From Eledone cirrhosa (lineage: Eukaryota), in NCBI GenBank assembly GCA_964016885.1, contig CAXHJY010000510.1, positions 1 to 64,000 of the forward strand: a stretch of 64,000 nt of DNA. Direction: 5' to 3'. Made by a program: the position numbers and the translations under genes. Shown in pieces: positions 16,470 to 29,464 of the stretch. The notes beneath the pieces were generated by a model. That model saw only the letters and a list, made by a program, of their open reading frames with translations. It was not told where the DNA came from and ran no database searches. Every line of letters begins with the position of its first letter. Position 1 is the first letter of the stretch.

Positions 16470-18200
16470 ATACTGAATGGTATTTCCGAATTTTATTCCG
16501 TTCGGCAGCTGAAGCAGTGACCCCCCCCCCCCCCCCCCCCCCCCATTCACCGCGGCGTCCATGATGTAGGAGGGAGCAAAAGAGTCACTGACTGTGACGT
16601 CCCAGATGAGACACCTACCTCTCACCTTGGGACCAATCCATCACTTCTGGATAAACCAGCCGGTTCCAGAACTGTGGGGATATTAACCCGAGCTAGCATC
16701 ATCCAGATACCAGACATTCAGATCCAGGTCAGCTTCCAACTTGCTGACGTCTTCAATGCCTAGAGCGAAAAGAGCAGAACCAAGCAGGTCACTCTATTGG
16801 ACCCCTGTAGCAGATAGAAGGAGATAATCACCGAAGGTGAGGTAGGAGGGCTCTCGGTCGGCTTGCCAAGCAAAGTGGTAAAGCTGCGGGAGCCCCCTCC
16901 TTTACTGAACAGAGGATAGCATCCCGACTGATGGAATTAAAAGCATTCCTGAGGTCCAGCTTAAGAATGACTTTGGGGGGTTCGGAAAGCAAGTTGGTAA
17001 ATGCTCTGGCGGCGTGAGCGGCAGCCTCACAACCCAGCTTGGTACCTACCCCTAGCTGAATAGATGGATATTCGGTGGACAGGCTGTCTGAAATCGAAGA
17101 CAGACATACCTTCGCAGTGTGCTCCCAATTGCTATAGGGTAGAGGTTACCGTTGGGCTTTGTGAGACCAAACAGTTTAGCTCCCAAAACAGGGGGCGGAT
17201 ATAAGAGAGGACTTCTCAGACGAGAACAGGTTAGTGAAGTAGGTGAGATTCTCAAAGAGCTCAAGGCCGGCATCTCCGGTCGACAAGGAGTCACCATCCT
17301 TGAGGTGCTGAGGTCGAAGACCATCAATCCTTGCACCAGAACCCATCGGGAAGGATATTATCACCTTCCTGGCGATAGCTGGGGTGAGGCCAAGTTTCAA
17401 ATACCTTGGTGGATCGGGCCAGCGTAAGTGGTCATTCGGAGGAGCCAGAGGATGTTTCACTCTCAGTCGGTTGAGTGACTCTGTAGTGCACTGGGTGAGG
17501 GATGACAGAGAGGAGGCGAACAGCCCCTTTTTTCTCATTGAATTTAGCATTGACGGCCTTCTTTAAGTTCGGCGATCAAACATTGGTTGGAACTGAGTTG
17601 ATCGCCGACCAGAGATGAGCAGTAGTTGGGGTTGAATCAAACAACTCAAACTGTCGTTTTAGGGAGGATGTGAGGGATCCAGATTTCACGTTGGACACAT
17701 GGAGAGAGACTAAGGGGAACAAGAATAGTTTCTGCCAATCCAAGATGTCGTTGGATAGGCAAACGTTCTTCAGCAGCTAGGAGAAAGTACGGGCGAAACT
17801 GGTCCGAGCTCCTTTTGGGATCTTGTTGATGAGTTTTAACTTAGATAAGTCCCGGAGAGCAGTGGCAAAGTCCTCAACAGAAATCTGAACGCCAGAGTTA
17901 GGTTCTGACCTGCAAAGGGAACCGAAGCTGAAGTGACATTGGTTACATCTCCAGTTTGAGAAACTTCTGCCTTGTACCTTAATAATGCTAACACAGCTCC
18001 TGTGGTAGTTTTGATGGCAGGAGTGACATGTGAGTGTCTTTAGGTAACGACTGGTTCGGGAGCAGAGGGCGCAGTTTGGTGGTGAATTGGCAACATCTGA
18101 GGAGTCGACGTTAGAATTAGGGTTCAGATGGGGGGGGACGGTGTAGGTAGGTTTACGATAGCGATAGAGGAGGGACCCGAGTGATCAGCACTAACTCTGA
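16470..18200 (-). mobile_element. CRE-clade non-LTR retrotransposon, degraded 5'/central part (PHD finger, RT, first half of restriction-like endonuclease)
   Basis: Minus-strand translation, with stops and frameshifts, gives CALC..CHSC..HRSC..WRCNQC, KIPKGAR, SGARIDGLRPQHLKD, GAKLFGLTKPNGNLYPIAIGSTLRR, KLDLRNAFNS, GVQQSD, WYLDD, VLEPAGLSRSDG, GRCLIWDVTVSDSFAPSY and AAERNKIRKY. The order and wording of these motifs match CRE-type RT-RLE proteins. Confidence 0.85.
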
Positions 18201-18764
18201 ATTTTGACAGAATCCGGCGATGGAGGTGGGAGAGGAGAGATATGGCGATGCAAGTTAGCTCCCTTGGAATGAAGCGGGAGTGTTGGGGAATGGGGGGATA
18301 AAGGTTGATAGGATGTGACGAAACCCTTTAACCATGCGGGTCTCCTAGTCACTCGACGTATGACCTTAAAATAATTTAGATTTAAATTTAAATTCAAGAC
18401 TGAATGTTGTGTGTTTAAATATATAAAACAGTAAAATTCAAAAACTGCAAAAATAGAACAATGAGACACTAAAACGTTGAAGAGAGGAAGTTGAAAACTG
18501 GAAGAGGAATCCTGGGATATACCAAACGAAGAAATGTTGAGATAGGTGTTGTGTGTGTGTGTGTCAACATTTAAAACAGTAAGTTCGGTAAAAGTATAAA
18601 GTACAAAAATAAAGCCGTGAATTGTATTGAAGAGAGGAGCTGAAATTGAAGAAAGAATTTTGAGATGTATCAAAAGTAGCGGAGGAGAAATAGATTTAAT
18701 GCATTCACGAAACACGTGTTACGCGAGGTTACGAATAAAATATCAAACTGAAACTTCGATCACT

Positions 18765-19855
18765 CAGCCTGTGGCGCTCAAGACGTTTGGTGGAGTTGGG
18801 CCGCTGGCATCAAAGTTCTTGTCTTCACTGGCAGCTCACCTTACTGAGGTTCGGGTGATGCCCGTGACGGTGCCTGGTTATTTCGGCGCCTTAGCCTCGC
18901 CTTACTGGGGTGTCGGGCGATGCCCGTGAGGGTGCCTGGTTATTTCGGCGCCTTAGCCTCGCCTTACTGGGGTGTCAGGTGATGCCCGTGAGGGTGCCTG
19001 GTTATTTCGGCGCCTTAGCCTCGCCTTACTGGGGTGTCAGGTGATGCCCGTGAGGGTGCCTGGTTATTTCGGCGCCTTAGCCTCGCCTTACTGAGATGTC
19101 AGGTGTTGCCCGTGAGGGTGCCTGGTTATTTCAGTACCTTAGCCTCCCCTTACTGAGATGTCAGGTGTTGCCCGTGACGGTGCCTGGTTATTTCGGCGCC
19201 TTAGCCTCGCCTTACTGGGGTGTCAGGTGATGCCCGTGAGGGTGCCTGGTTATTTCAGTACCTTAGCCTCGCCTTACTGGGGTGTCGGGCGATGCCCGTG
19301 AGGGTGCCTGGTTATTTCAGTACCTTAGCCTCGCCTTACTGGGGTGTCGGGCGATGCCCGTGAGGGTGCCTGGTTATTTCAGTACCTTAGCCTCGCCTTA
19401 CTGGGGTGTCGGGCGATGCCCGTGAGGGTGCCTGGTTATTTCAGTACCTGAGCCTCCCCTTACTGAGATGTGAGGGTGCCTGGTTATTTCAGTACCTTAG
19501 CCTCCCCTTACTGAGATGTCAGGTGTTGCCCGTGAGGGTGCCTGGTTATTTCAGTGCCTTAGCCTCCCCTTACTGAGATGTCAGGTGTTGCCCGTGAGGG
19601 TGCCTGGTTATTTCAGTGCCTTAGCCTCGCCATCACCCGTGGTAATGCCGCCAGCGTGTTGGCTTACCTGCAAGTGTGTAGTTAACCCCTAAGGTGTGCG
19701 GTGTTGCCGATTATCACACTTGGTAGTGAATCCCCCCCACCCTCTATTTTCCTTCTCTTTTCTTTCCTTTATCATTTTTGTTCATGAATTAATATTATAC
19801 ACGGTTTAGACATATTTGTCCCTCTGAACGAATTGCGAGCATTTTTTTAATAAAA
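18765..19855 (+). mobile_element. CRE-clade retrotransposon 3' end (C-terminal RLE region + 3' UTR)
   Basis: Translates as QPVALKTFGGVGPLASKFLSSLAAHLTEV..GDAREGAWLFRRLSLA..ITRGNAASVLA, the typical CRE C-terminus, followed by a pyrimidine-rich UTR and AATAAA. Confidence 0.8.
18840..19631 (+). repeat. 62-bp minisatellite, ~13 copies, inside the CRE 3' coding region
   Basis: Unit CTTACTGGGGTGTCAGGTGATGCCCGTGAGGGTGCCTGGTTATTTCGGCGCCTTAGCCTCGC starts at 18840, 18901, 18963, 19025, 19087 and onward. One unit (19459) is shortened to 48 bp. Confidence 0.95.
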
Positions 19856-20317
19856 TGGTTGTATTAAAAAATATACATGCGTTGGTGTTAAGCTGGTATT
19901 GGATGCAAGCATACACATAATTACGAATGTTGGAAAATATATGGTAACGACCATGTTTTTATAAATTATGCTTAAATGGTCTACCCTATACGAACATATA
20001 AATCTGCATACATATAAACATGTATAGGAGTGTTCATCTTTCTTCATATATACGTGGCTACACACATACATGTGTTACAACGAAAGGGGAGCAACCCATT
20101 AGAATGTTAAGGCAAACCCGACATAATAATTCAGCCAAGTGTTCAACTATAGGACTATGATAAGACTGGTTTTAACCAGTTCAACAGTGAACTAGTGTGC
20201 CCTGTATTACAGTCATAATTATAACATGGTGTTGTTCGTGGACTTAGTTTAAATCTAAAGGTTTTAACTATTGTTCTATCTTAAATGAATCGTAGAATCT
20301 ATAGTCTCATAGAATCA

Positions 20318-20517
20318 ATATTATGCGAGATAAACCCTTTACCATGAAAATACAATAGTATATATAGAGTAATGTAAATGTTATGTGAGATATTATGTGA
20401 GGTAAAGCCTTTACTGTGAAAATACAATAGTATATATAGAGTAATGTAGATGTTATGTGAGATATTATGTGAGGGAAAGCCTTTACTGTGAAAATAAAAT
20501 AGTATATATAGAGTAAT
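20318..20517. repeat. 72-bp AT-rich minisatellite, left part (~2.8 units)
   Basis: Unit ATGTGAGATATTATGTGAGGTAAAGCCTTTACTGTGAAAATACAATAGTATATATAGAGTAATGTAAATGTT; the same unit occurs at 26132-26775. Confidence 0.93.
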
Positions 20518-20753
20518 TTCTTTATTTGCCACCAGGGCACACAAGGTAGGGACAGATACAAGGGGGGAAGTTTACATATATAATTAACGAGTACAAAAAT
20601 ATAACAATGAAATAACAACAACAAACGAAGTCCTCAATAGGGAGGGGGCATTAACATGGGTCGCACACACCCCGGAAAAAATGTGCAACCCTTCTCCTCA
20701 GGAGCACAAAGAGTAGGTGCTTCCCTCGTCTCCTCTTTTTCCTCTTCTTTCAC

Positions 20754-23700
20754 CTACAGGCTGATATAGAGAGAAGACCCGTTCACTCTGGCCATTCTCC
20801 CTACTTTCACCCACCTTTCATAAAACTTGCTGGGGTAGAGCACCTCTCTCTCCATTCTGATCCTTCTTTTAAAATGGTATTTGAAAAAGGGACCAGTTGT
20901 TGGCCGGAGAGAAAGGTGTCTGACCTCAGCCCTTTCAGCCTCGTCCACCATACAACTTCTTTAGCCATGGCTATCACACAGAGAAAAACCGCCTCTCCTT
21001 CGTTTTTGAAAGGGGGAGGCGGTTTGATCGTGACAATGGACTCGGTGGTCAACCGGATTGGTCCCACCCTCGATAGTAGTCGTTCCACATAGCCCCACAG
21101 GTCAGCAATGCCTGGGCAGTGTACGAATGCGTGCGCAACGGTTTCGTCGTCATGCACGCATCTCGGACAGATCTTATTCAAAGGATCCCTACCCAGGCTC
21201 CCATGCCTGTGGAGCTTGTCTCGAACGGGTAGAGCCCCTCGGTAGCACTGCCAAGCCAGGGACTTTTGGAAGTTGTCGATCGGTCCAGGGCCAAACGTCC
21301 TACCGAACAGACTGGCCAGTTCATCTTCCTCCATGCCTAGAGCTTCTCCGAGAGCATCGTCGCACCTGCTGCGTACCAACCCTCTATAGAATGTCGAGGT
21401 GGAGTCTCCACTGATTGCCGGGTCCGCTTTCCAGAGGGCCGTGAGCGCCTGGGCACATTCAATGTGCCAGTCGCCTACTTTTCTCGGTCTTTGCTTGACC
21501 CAGGATTGCAGCTCGGTGAGCGAGACGAGTCTGGGAAAGGCTCGCCTCACAAACGGGGCCCACACCGGCTGACCGGTGAGGAATACCTGGAGGTGCCGTA
21601 GCCTTAATGCGTGTTTACGCATCTGTAGCCACGGCATCCCCAGCCCTCCTTTCGAAGGGTGTTGACAGCAGATGGATCTCCTCACCAAAAGGGTCCACTT
21701 GTTCCAAAGAAATTGGAACAGCGCGCACTCCATTTTGGCGAGTCTTTTCACTGGGCAAGGCACGACGGTCAAGCGGTAGTAGATGACGGATGCTATATAA
21801 GTATTCGCCACCTCCGCTCGACCTTTCAGGGATAGTTTGCACTGGGCCCACTTCTGGGTGAGTGCAAACACCCTGGCCATTACCTCGTTCCAGTTTTTCT
21901 ACACCTGGAGGTCTGGTCCGAACCAGACCCCAAGCAGCTTCACTGGGCCCTCCGTCCAGCGTCCGACGACGTCATTGGAGGGCATCGGTTTGCCTCTCCA
22001 TGTTCCGAGTTGCAAACCGACGGACTTGTCCCGGTTCAGCTTGGCTCCTGTAAACCTTTCATATTCCTCCAGTAAGGTGCCGATCTCACCGATTTGCGAG
22101 GTTTTCGACACCATTACTGTCACGTCATCGGCGTAGGCCGACGCCGCTTTCTGCAATCCCAGTTCCAAAGGGATGCCCTGCAACCGCTCCAACTTCCGCA
22201 GTAGTGGCTCAAGAGCCAGCACATACAGAAGGGAGGAGAGAGGGCATCCCTGTCGGATGGATCGCATGATTTGGAACGGCTCCGAGAAATGGCCGTTCAC
22301 CTTGACCCTTGAGCAGACGTTGCTGCTGTGCATCGCAGCAATCCAACCCCTGAAAACGGGTCCGAAGCCTGCCGTTGCGAGCACCGCATCCAGGTAACGA
22401 TGGTCAACCCTATCGAAAGCTTTAGATTGATCCAAGTTGATCAGGGCCCCACCAAAGCCGGGTTCATTCCCTACCCTCTCTATGATGTATCGCATAAGGT
22501 GGAGATTGTCGTGAATGAACCTGGACGGGATTGCGCATGTCTGCGCTTCTCCCACCAGGTTTCCGACGACAAGCGCCAACCTCTTCGCTAACACCTTGGC
22601 CAAAATCTTTAACTCTGTATTTAGCAGAGTTATGGGCCTGAAGTTACTTATGTCATCCCCCTTGTTCTCATCCTTCCTCACCAGCGTAACTACGCCCTTG
22701 GTCACAGAACTGGGAATTCTCCCGTTCTGCTGCCAGTTGCAGTAGACCGCTTCGAGGATATCGGAGAACAAGTCCGGCATCACTACATATAGCTCGTATG
22801 GTAGACCATCGAGACCCGGGGATTTGCGTTTGCCGCATTGGCTCAGCGCCGCCCCTATCTCAGCAGCTGAAATCGTCCTTTCGCAGGACTTCGCCTCCGC
22901 GACCGAGAGGCGCGGCAGGCCGTCGAGGTATGGATTGAAATCCATAGTCTCACCCGGCGCGCCGCCCCTCTCGAACAGTCGTGCAAAGTCCCGCTGAAAG
23001 GCCGCACACATCTGCCCAGGTTCAAGGATCACACGCCCATCCTGGTCCTTCAAAGACCGAATCGTGGACTTGTTCCCACTTTTTGCCTCTGTCACTCGGG
23101 CCCAGCTAACAGCTTTGGCTCCCTCATTACCCAGAGCACGTATTTTACTTCTGACAACGCAGCCTTCATGCTTCACCTCAAAGAACTGGTCTAAGGCCAT
23201 TCTTGATGCCAGCACGCTGGCTACATTGTCACTCCTAATCGCCTCTTCTACTCTATCTACTAATTCCCTTTCCGTCTTGTTCCTATCCCTTGCTAATTCC
23301 TGACTAAAACCTATCGATTCTATTCTAATTGCTCTCTTAAGAGAGCTCCACCACCTGTTGTTGACAATTGCCCCTGTCAAACTCTGCTTAACTAACGTGC
23401 TAATCCGTTTACTGTAAGCTTTGCTTGTCGGTAAGGACAAGTTCAGCTTCCAGTAACCGGGTCCCTGTCTATGGGTTCTATTAAGGTTGGCTATGCAGGT
23501 CACTAACTTGTGATCCGAATAGTCAACCATGAACATTTTTGGACAGCTAAATGTGTCCCTATCCTTCTCTCTAACTAGGACCCTATCTAGGTACGACCTA
23601 GATGTTCTGCTGCGATTGGTCCACGTCCATAGTGGTACAGTCGGAAAATCTAGTCGATATCTATCGGCCAGGTCAAATCGGCCGATTAACCTTTTGAGGC

Positions 23701-24179
23701 TTTTACACCCCCCTCTATTGGCACATGCCCCTACATAGTCCCAACGTGCATCCAGGATACCATTCCAGTCCCCCACTAAAAGCAAGGAGCGGGACGTTCC
23801 CAGAAAAGTTTCCAGACGTTGGAAGTATTCCGGCCGTGCTGCCCAAAAAGGGGCGTACACAGCTATTAGTCTAAGGGCTCCACTTTCACTACTGCCGACG
23901 TCTAAAACCACCAGTCGACCCTCCGGGTCCAGGTGCACCTTCTGTATGGTGTTTTCGCAGCAGAACGACAACTCCACCCCCACCCCCCGGTTGACAGAGA
24001 GATGCGAAGATCTCAAAGTCGTCGAAGAGGGGCGCCAGTTGGTGCTCGCTGCTGATCCTGGACTCGCAAATAGCCATTACATCCATTCTATGCGACCTGA
24101 GATCGTTTAAAAGTTTGCCTTGTTTCCAAGACAGTCCCATGCCGCGTACATTCAGACACCCAACTCTTATATCAGCCAT
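20754..24179 (-). pseudogene. Tx1-like ORF2 (APE endonuclease + reverse transcriptase + zinc-binding C-terminus), split by about three frameshifts
   Basis: MADIRVGCLNVRG (ORF 23889-24179). GDWN, YLDR, SDH, PGYWKLN, KSPGLDGL, NFRPITLLN, DQSKAFDRVDH, RQGCPLS and YADD (ORF 21899-24016). CPRCVHDDETVAHAFVHC (ORF 20807-21880). Tail ORF 20754-20951. Confidence 0.92.
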
Positions 24180-24200
24180 GTTGGTTAAAAGAGGAAGGAC

Positions 24201-25574
24201 CTACCTGTTCGGCTCCTGAGGAGCAGGTTGCACAATATCCATGGGCGTATTGGAGGGGTTGTTTGGTGGGGTGTTGTTATGTGGTGGAGTGTGGGTGTTT
24301 GGTGAGGTGTGGGTGGGGAAACGTTTCAAGAGGACGCGGTTATAGGGTCGAGTACATGTTTTCCCCACGTCCTCAGGAAAGTTCTCTCTTAGTTTTGCAT
24401 AGGTGTCCATTCATAGGTGTCTTATCATTTTTAAATGCGGTTTGTTGGCCGCGCTTGCAAAGAATTGCCCTTCAGTTTCCACCGAAGGGTCTTTGTGTAT
24501 TGTTTTTACTAGTTCTTTGTTATTTGTGTTAATGTATGTATACTGTTTTATTTGTGTTGTGTTTGTTTGTTGTTCTTGTGTGTACTTACGTTTTGTTGTA
24601 TGTGTTATGTTTTGGGGTGGGGCGGATTTTGTTTGTTCTGTTTGCTTTGTTTTTGTTGGTGGTTGTGTGTTTGTTTCGTTTATGTTCGAGTGGTACTTTC
24701 TTTTTTTCCTTTTTACAGGTTGGAAGGGTCCCCCCTCTTCGTCACTAGGTGCCGTTTCAGCTGGGTCCTCGTCCGTGCTGTCGGGTAGTGGTGTATTTTG
24801 GGGTTTTGTTGTGTTTGTGTGTGTTTTGGGAGTTGTTTTGGGTGGGGCCGTGTCTTGTGTTATTTTTCCGTGTTGTTTTTGTTGTTGTTGTGGTGGTGGT
24901 AGTGGTGGTGGTGGTGGTGGTGTGTGGGGTGTAGGCAAAAGAGCCTTTTTTGTCAATTGAGGACAGGCAGCCCTTAGATGACCCCTGCTTGAACAGTAGT
25001 AACATATGGGCCTCCTACCCTCGGCTGAAATGTATATAAATGTTTCTCCATCGAGGGACACCCTCTGTGATATTCTAGCTATTCGTTCTGGTCTCATTTG
25101 GACCAGAACCTCCACGCTCAAACCGCCGAAAACGTCTATGGTGACTTCTCCTACTGAGAGGATTCCGTCCTCGTCTTCTAAAAATCCTGTTAGTACCCAG
25201 GAAATGCATGCATTTGGCCGGATTCCGGAGACTCTTATTTTCTGCCTTCTTTTCCCCAAATATGTGGGGGAAAATGTGTGTAGCTTGGAAACAATTGGCG
25301 CCACAGAGTATTTCCTGGCCGTCAATTGATCCTTCATTAGCACCGTTATATTCCCATAGAGTGGCCCTTTTTGTATGAACGATATATCACTCCACACATT
25401 TTTTAGGACCAGCTCAATTTCTTTTGGGGATAATTGAGCTGGTTTCCTTGTTATGTTGGAAATTGTTCTGAAAGATATCGTTCTTAGTGTCGTGTCTCTT
25501 TTGATTTCTTGTGGGGAGGTGATTGTGAAGTCTCCTCCTTCTTTGAAAGTTACATACTGTTTTGCTTCCTTCAT
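24201..25574 (-). pseudogene. Tx1-like ORF1 (gag-like nucleic-acid-binding protein), with a probable premature stop at 24411-24413
   Basis: CYYCSSRGHLRAAC zinc knuckle, then a Pro/Thr/Gln-rich tail with an FQPVKRKKRK basic motif. ORF 24201-24410 continues in the same frame directly after the stop. Confidence 0.8.
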
Positions 25575-26131
25575 CTTTTCTCTCAGAGTTGTAATGTCCA
25601 GTTGCTTGCAGGTCTGTGTTTTCCGCCCGCCTGTGCAAAGGAGGCACCAGTAGTGGGTTCGCTTTGTTTGGTGTTATCGTTATTTTTTCCTTGGTTGGTG
25701 TTGTGACTATTGCTGTTATTGTCATTGTTGTTTTTGTCTGCGTTTATGTGACTTTCTGGATTTTCACCCATTTTTACAAATTTTTCTTTTAATTCCGTGT
25801 TCCATGTTTCTTTTGCAGAAGTGAGGAGGGAAGACTTAGAGCCTTGTGCTTCTAGCTTCTCTGTATCACCTTTCTTAGGGGGCGTGGCTTTCTCGTTAGG
25901 ATGAGATGTGAAAATTCCGTCTATTTCTATCGTTTGCCATAATAAATTTTTAACTGGAAAATTCGCCCCAAAAAGGGGCGAAAATAAATAAACTCAAAGT
26001 TTGACGACCAAGGCAAGGGGTTAACGTATATTACAGTATAAAAAAATTAATCAAAACTCACTTTTGAGTAAGTAAATCCAACTCGGTAGCCGAGCTTGTT
26101 CACACACGTCAACACACGTCTCTCGTATACG

Positions 26132-26775
26132 AGATGTTATGTGAGATATTATGTGAGGTAAAGCCTTTACTGTGAAAATACAATAGTATATATAGAGTAA
26201 TGTAAATGTTATGTGAGATATTATGTGAGATAAACCCTTTACTGTGAAAATACAATAGTAAATATAGAGTAATATAGATGTTATGTGAGATAAAACCTTT
26301 ACTGTGAAAATAAAATAGTATATATAGAGTAATGTAGATGTTATGTGAGATATTATGTGAGATAAACCCTTTACTGTGAAAATATAATAGTAAATATAGA
26401 GTAATGTAAATGTTATGTGAGATATTACGTGAGGTAAAGCCTTTACTGTGAAAATACAATAGTATATATAGAGTAATGTAGATGTTATGTGAGATATTAT
26501 GTGAGATAAACCCTTTACTGTGAAAATATAATAGTAAATATAGAGTAATGTAAATGTTATGTGAGATATTATGTGAGGTAAAGCCTTTACTGTGAAAATA
26601 CAATAGTATATATAGAGTAATGTAAATGTTATGTGAGATATTATGTGAGGTAAAGCCATTACTGTGAAAATACAATAGTATATATAGAGTAATGTAAATG
26701 TTATGTGAGATATTATGTGAGGTAAAGCCTTTACCATGAAAATACAATAGTATATATAGAGTTATGTAAATGTTA
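26132..26775. repeat. 72-bp AT-rich minisatellite, right part (~9 units)
   Basis: Same unit as 20318-20517; produces the spurious 24-aa repeat ORFs. Confidence 0.95.
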
Positions 26776-27222
26776 AAGGGTTAATTAGTACTTAGTATGT
26801 GAAGGTTCTATTACACAGAATTTATATCAGGCATTTACTAATGGCATTCAGGGGATTGCTCAATATGGAGTGAGTGCTACCTAGAGAAATTTGGGTGTAC
26901 AGCCAATGACTTATCCTATAAGACTTGATTAGTATTACTCCAAAAGTAAAGAAGCAGGCAAAGCAAGTCAAAGCTGGTAAGGCTCAATTTAATATTTGTA
27001 ACTAATTACTTGGTGTGTATCATGAGGATAGCTAACTTAGCATATATACTCATATATAAGCCAAGAAATATGACCAAAAGATTTGGTAAAATTACATAAA
27101 TAGAGTACTAGCTAAGGTACCCGACTTCGCCCAGGCGAACAGTTAAGAAAAGACGGATAAAAGAGAAAATGACTGTATTGGATGTGTTGTCTGGTTTACA
27201 GTATGAGGTGAGACCGAAATGT

Positions 27223-27272
<50 letters not shown>

Positions 27273-27970
27273 CAATCATAAAACTTCCTTATTAGGCTGG
27301 AGGAATAAACTGCCGATTAAATGGTAGCATTGGCCTTGGATTTTAAATGTTGTGAAATAACCATAGTCAGTTTGATCTTTTTCAGCCCCAAAGGACGTCA
27401 TCTGAAACACAGCAATATACCACATAACATTGCTTCTGAAGTGTTTAGCTTCGTTAGTACGGTCTGTAAGCAATATATGGGTCCTCTATCAGTGGAAGTC
27501 TGACCTTTCCTCCTAAGCAACACATGCCAAGTGTAATATCCACGCTACCAATTGCAACTTTAGGACCATTTCTGTAATACTTCGATGAATCATATGAAAA
27601 CGCAACTCTTAACCAGTTTATTCTGACTTGAAGAGTCGTTTGTGTTCATCGAGTTTACATCGCAACTGTCATTGTATCTTGGTGATTTTCATATTGAATC
27701 TCTATTTATTGCGATAGTCTTTCTTTTTGCCTCAATCTTTCTGTTTCCTGTCTCAAGTTCTGTACACTTTTAGAAAGTTGCGATCGTCTTTCTTGTTATC
27801 TTAATCTTTCTGTTTGCCGTCTCATATTCTGAATTAAGTCAATAATAACATGACAATATCCTCAAAAAGATAAATTAATATACACCGTAGATTAAGTTCA
27901 AATAGTATCAATTTTTTTCTGTGTTCTGTAAAATCAAAGACTGTTGTAAAACGACTTTACAAAAGAAATT

Positions 27971-28052
27971 AAATTATAATTTTATTTCTCGCCCTAGCAC
28001 AGCTGATACATAAATGTAAGTATGCACACATACACGTACACACACACCACCG

Positions 28053-28101
<49 letters not shown>

Positions 28102-28500
28102 TACATATGTACGTATGTGTTATATCGAACATTAATAATAATGTTCGATTCGTTTGTAAACAAACGGCCCGATTTGAATTTGAAGCTGTGCCGTGTCGGT
28201 GACCGATCGTCGCCAGTTTGTTCAACACTGGCTTTGAGGAGCAATCAACTTGTTTCTGGGTCATTACTCTTCCAGTCTGTTGAACGGTTGAAAATATATA
28301 GTATTTTCTTAAGTACACATCGGCTGAGTAGCCTCATTTGCATACCGAGCGAGTTACGGCTGGGCTTGCCGAATATTGAAAGTAAAATTAGAATTTTATT
28401 TCTCGCCCTAGCACAGCTGATACATAAATGTAAGTATGCACACGTACACACACACATATATACATATATACATATATACATACACATATATACATATACT
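27971..28500 (-). mobile_element. Short non-coding hammerhead-family repeat (~414-bp monomer, ~1.2 units; ribozyme core partly deleted)
   Basis: 27971-28029 is repeated at 28385-28443. The body is homologous to 55921-56475 and 30795-31557. Remnant ..GAAGAGTAATGACCCAGAAACAAGTTGATTG on the minus strand. Confidence 0.7.
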
Positions 28501-28598
28501 GTACATATGTACACTTTATAAAAGCTAACGCAATATTGTTAAACATTCAACTGATACTTTGATCTATAGTTTAAGCCGATTCTAAACTTTTGCGGCAT

Positions 28599-28966
<368 letters not shown>

Positions 28967-29464
28967 TTAGATTGTGTGTGTTCGTTATGTCAGTTGTTAT
29001 AGAAATGTATGTATACTCACACACACATACACTCTCGCTTACACTCACACACATATACTTGTCAGTCATCATATATGTATATCTGTATGTGTAGATATGT
29101 GTGTGTGTTTAATTCTCTGTGTGAAGGTAATGTGTATGCAACTTACTAAGGCCCAACGTACGTAACGAACGCGCAAACATACAAACACTCACAGACACAT
29201 ACACACTCATATACAAAATGTGACGTCGTCGTCATCGTGTTATAAAATGTCGTTTACTATAGTTGACTATAGATTTATTATTTTAGATAAAATGTTATAT
29301 TGTTTTAATCCAAATGAAAATAAAAATTATATTTTGTTACTTCCGGGGTCTGATACTATTACCTTGTAAAATTTGATTTGATTTGGTCGAGCCGTTTGAG
29401 AATGTATAAGGAAAAGACAGACAGACAGAGAAAAGAGACGAAGAATTTTATATAGAGAGAGATT

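Larger units (their letters stand above)
20518..26131 (-). mobile_element. Near full-length Tx1/L1-clade non-LTR retrotransposon (~5.6 kb), frameshifted
   Basis: ORF1 has a CCHC knuckle. ORF2 has APE endonuclease, RT and a C-terminal CxxC..HxxxxC. The 3' end reads ..GGCAAATAAAGAAA. Both ends abut the 72-bp minisatellite. Confidence 0.92.

Noticed and set aside
18840-19631. CRISPR-like appearance of the 62-bp and 72-bp arrays
   Set aside because: Units are contiguous without unique spacers, there are no cas genes, and the context is eukaryotic.
26051-26747. 24-aa-repeat ORFs (HNISHNIYITLY...)
   Set aside because: Translation of the 72-bp minisatellite.
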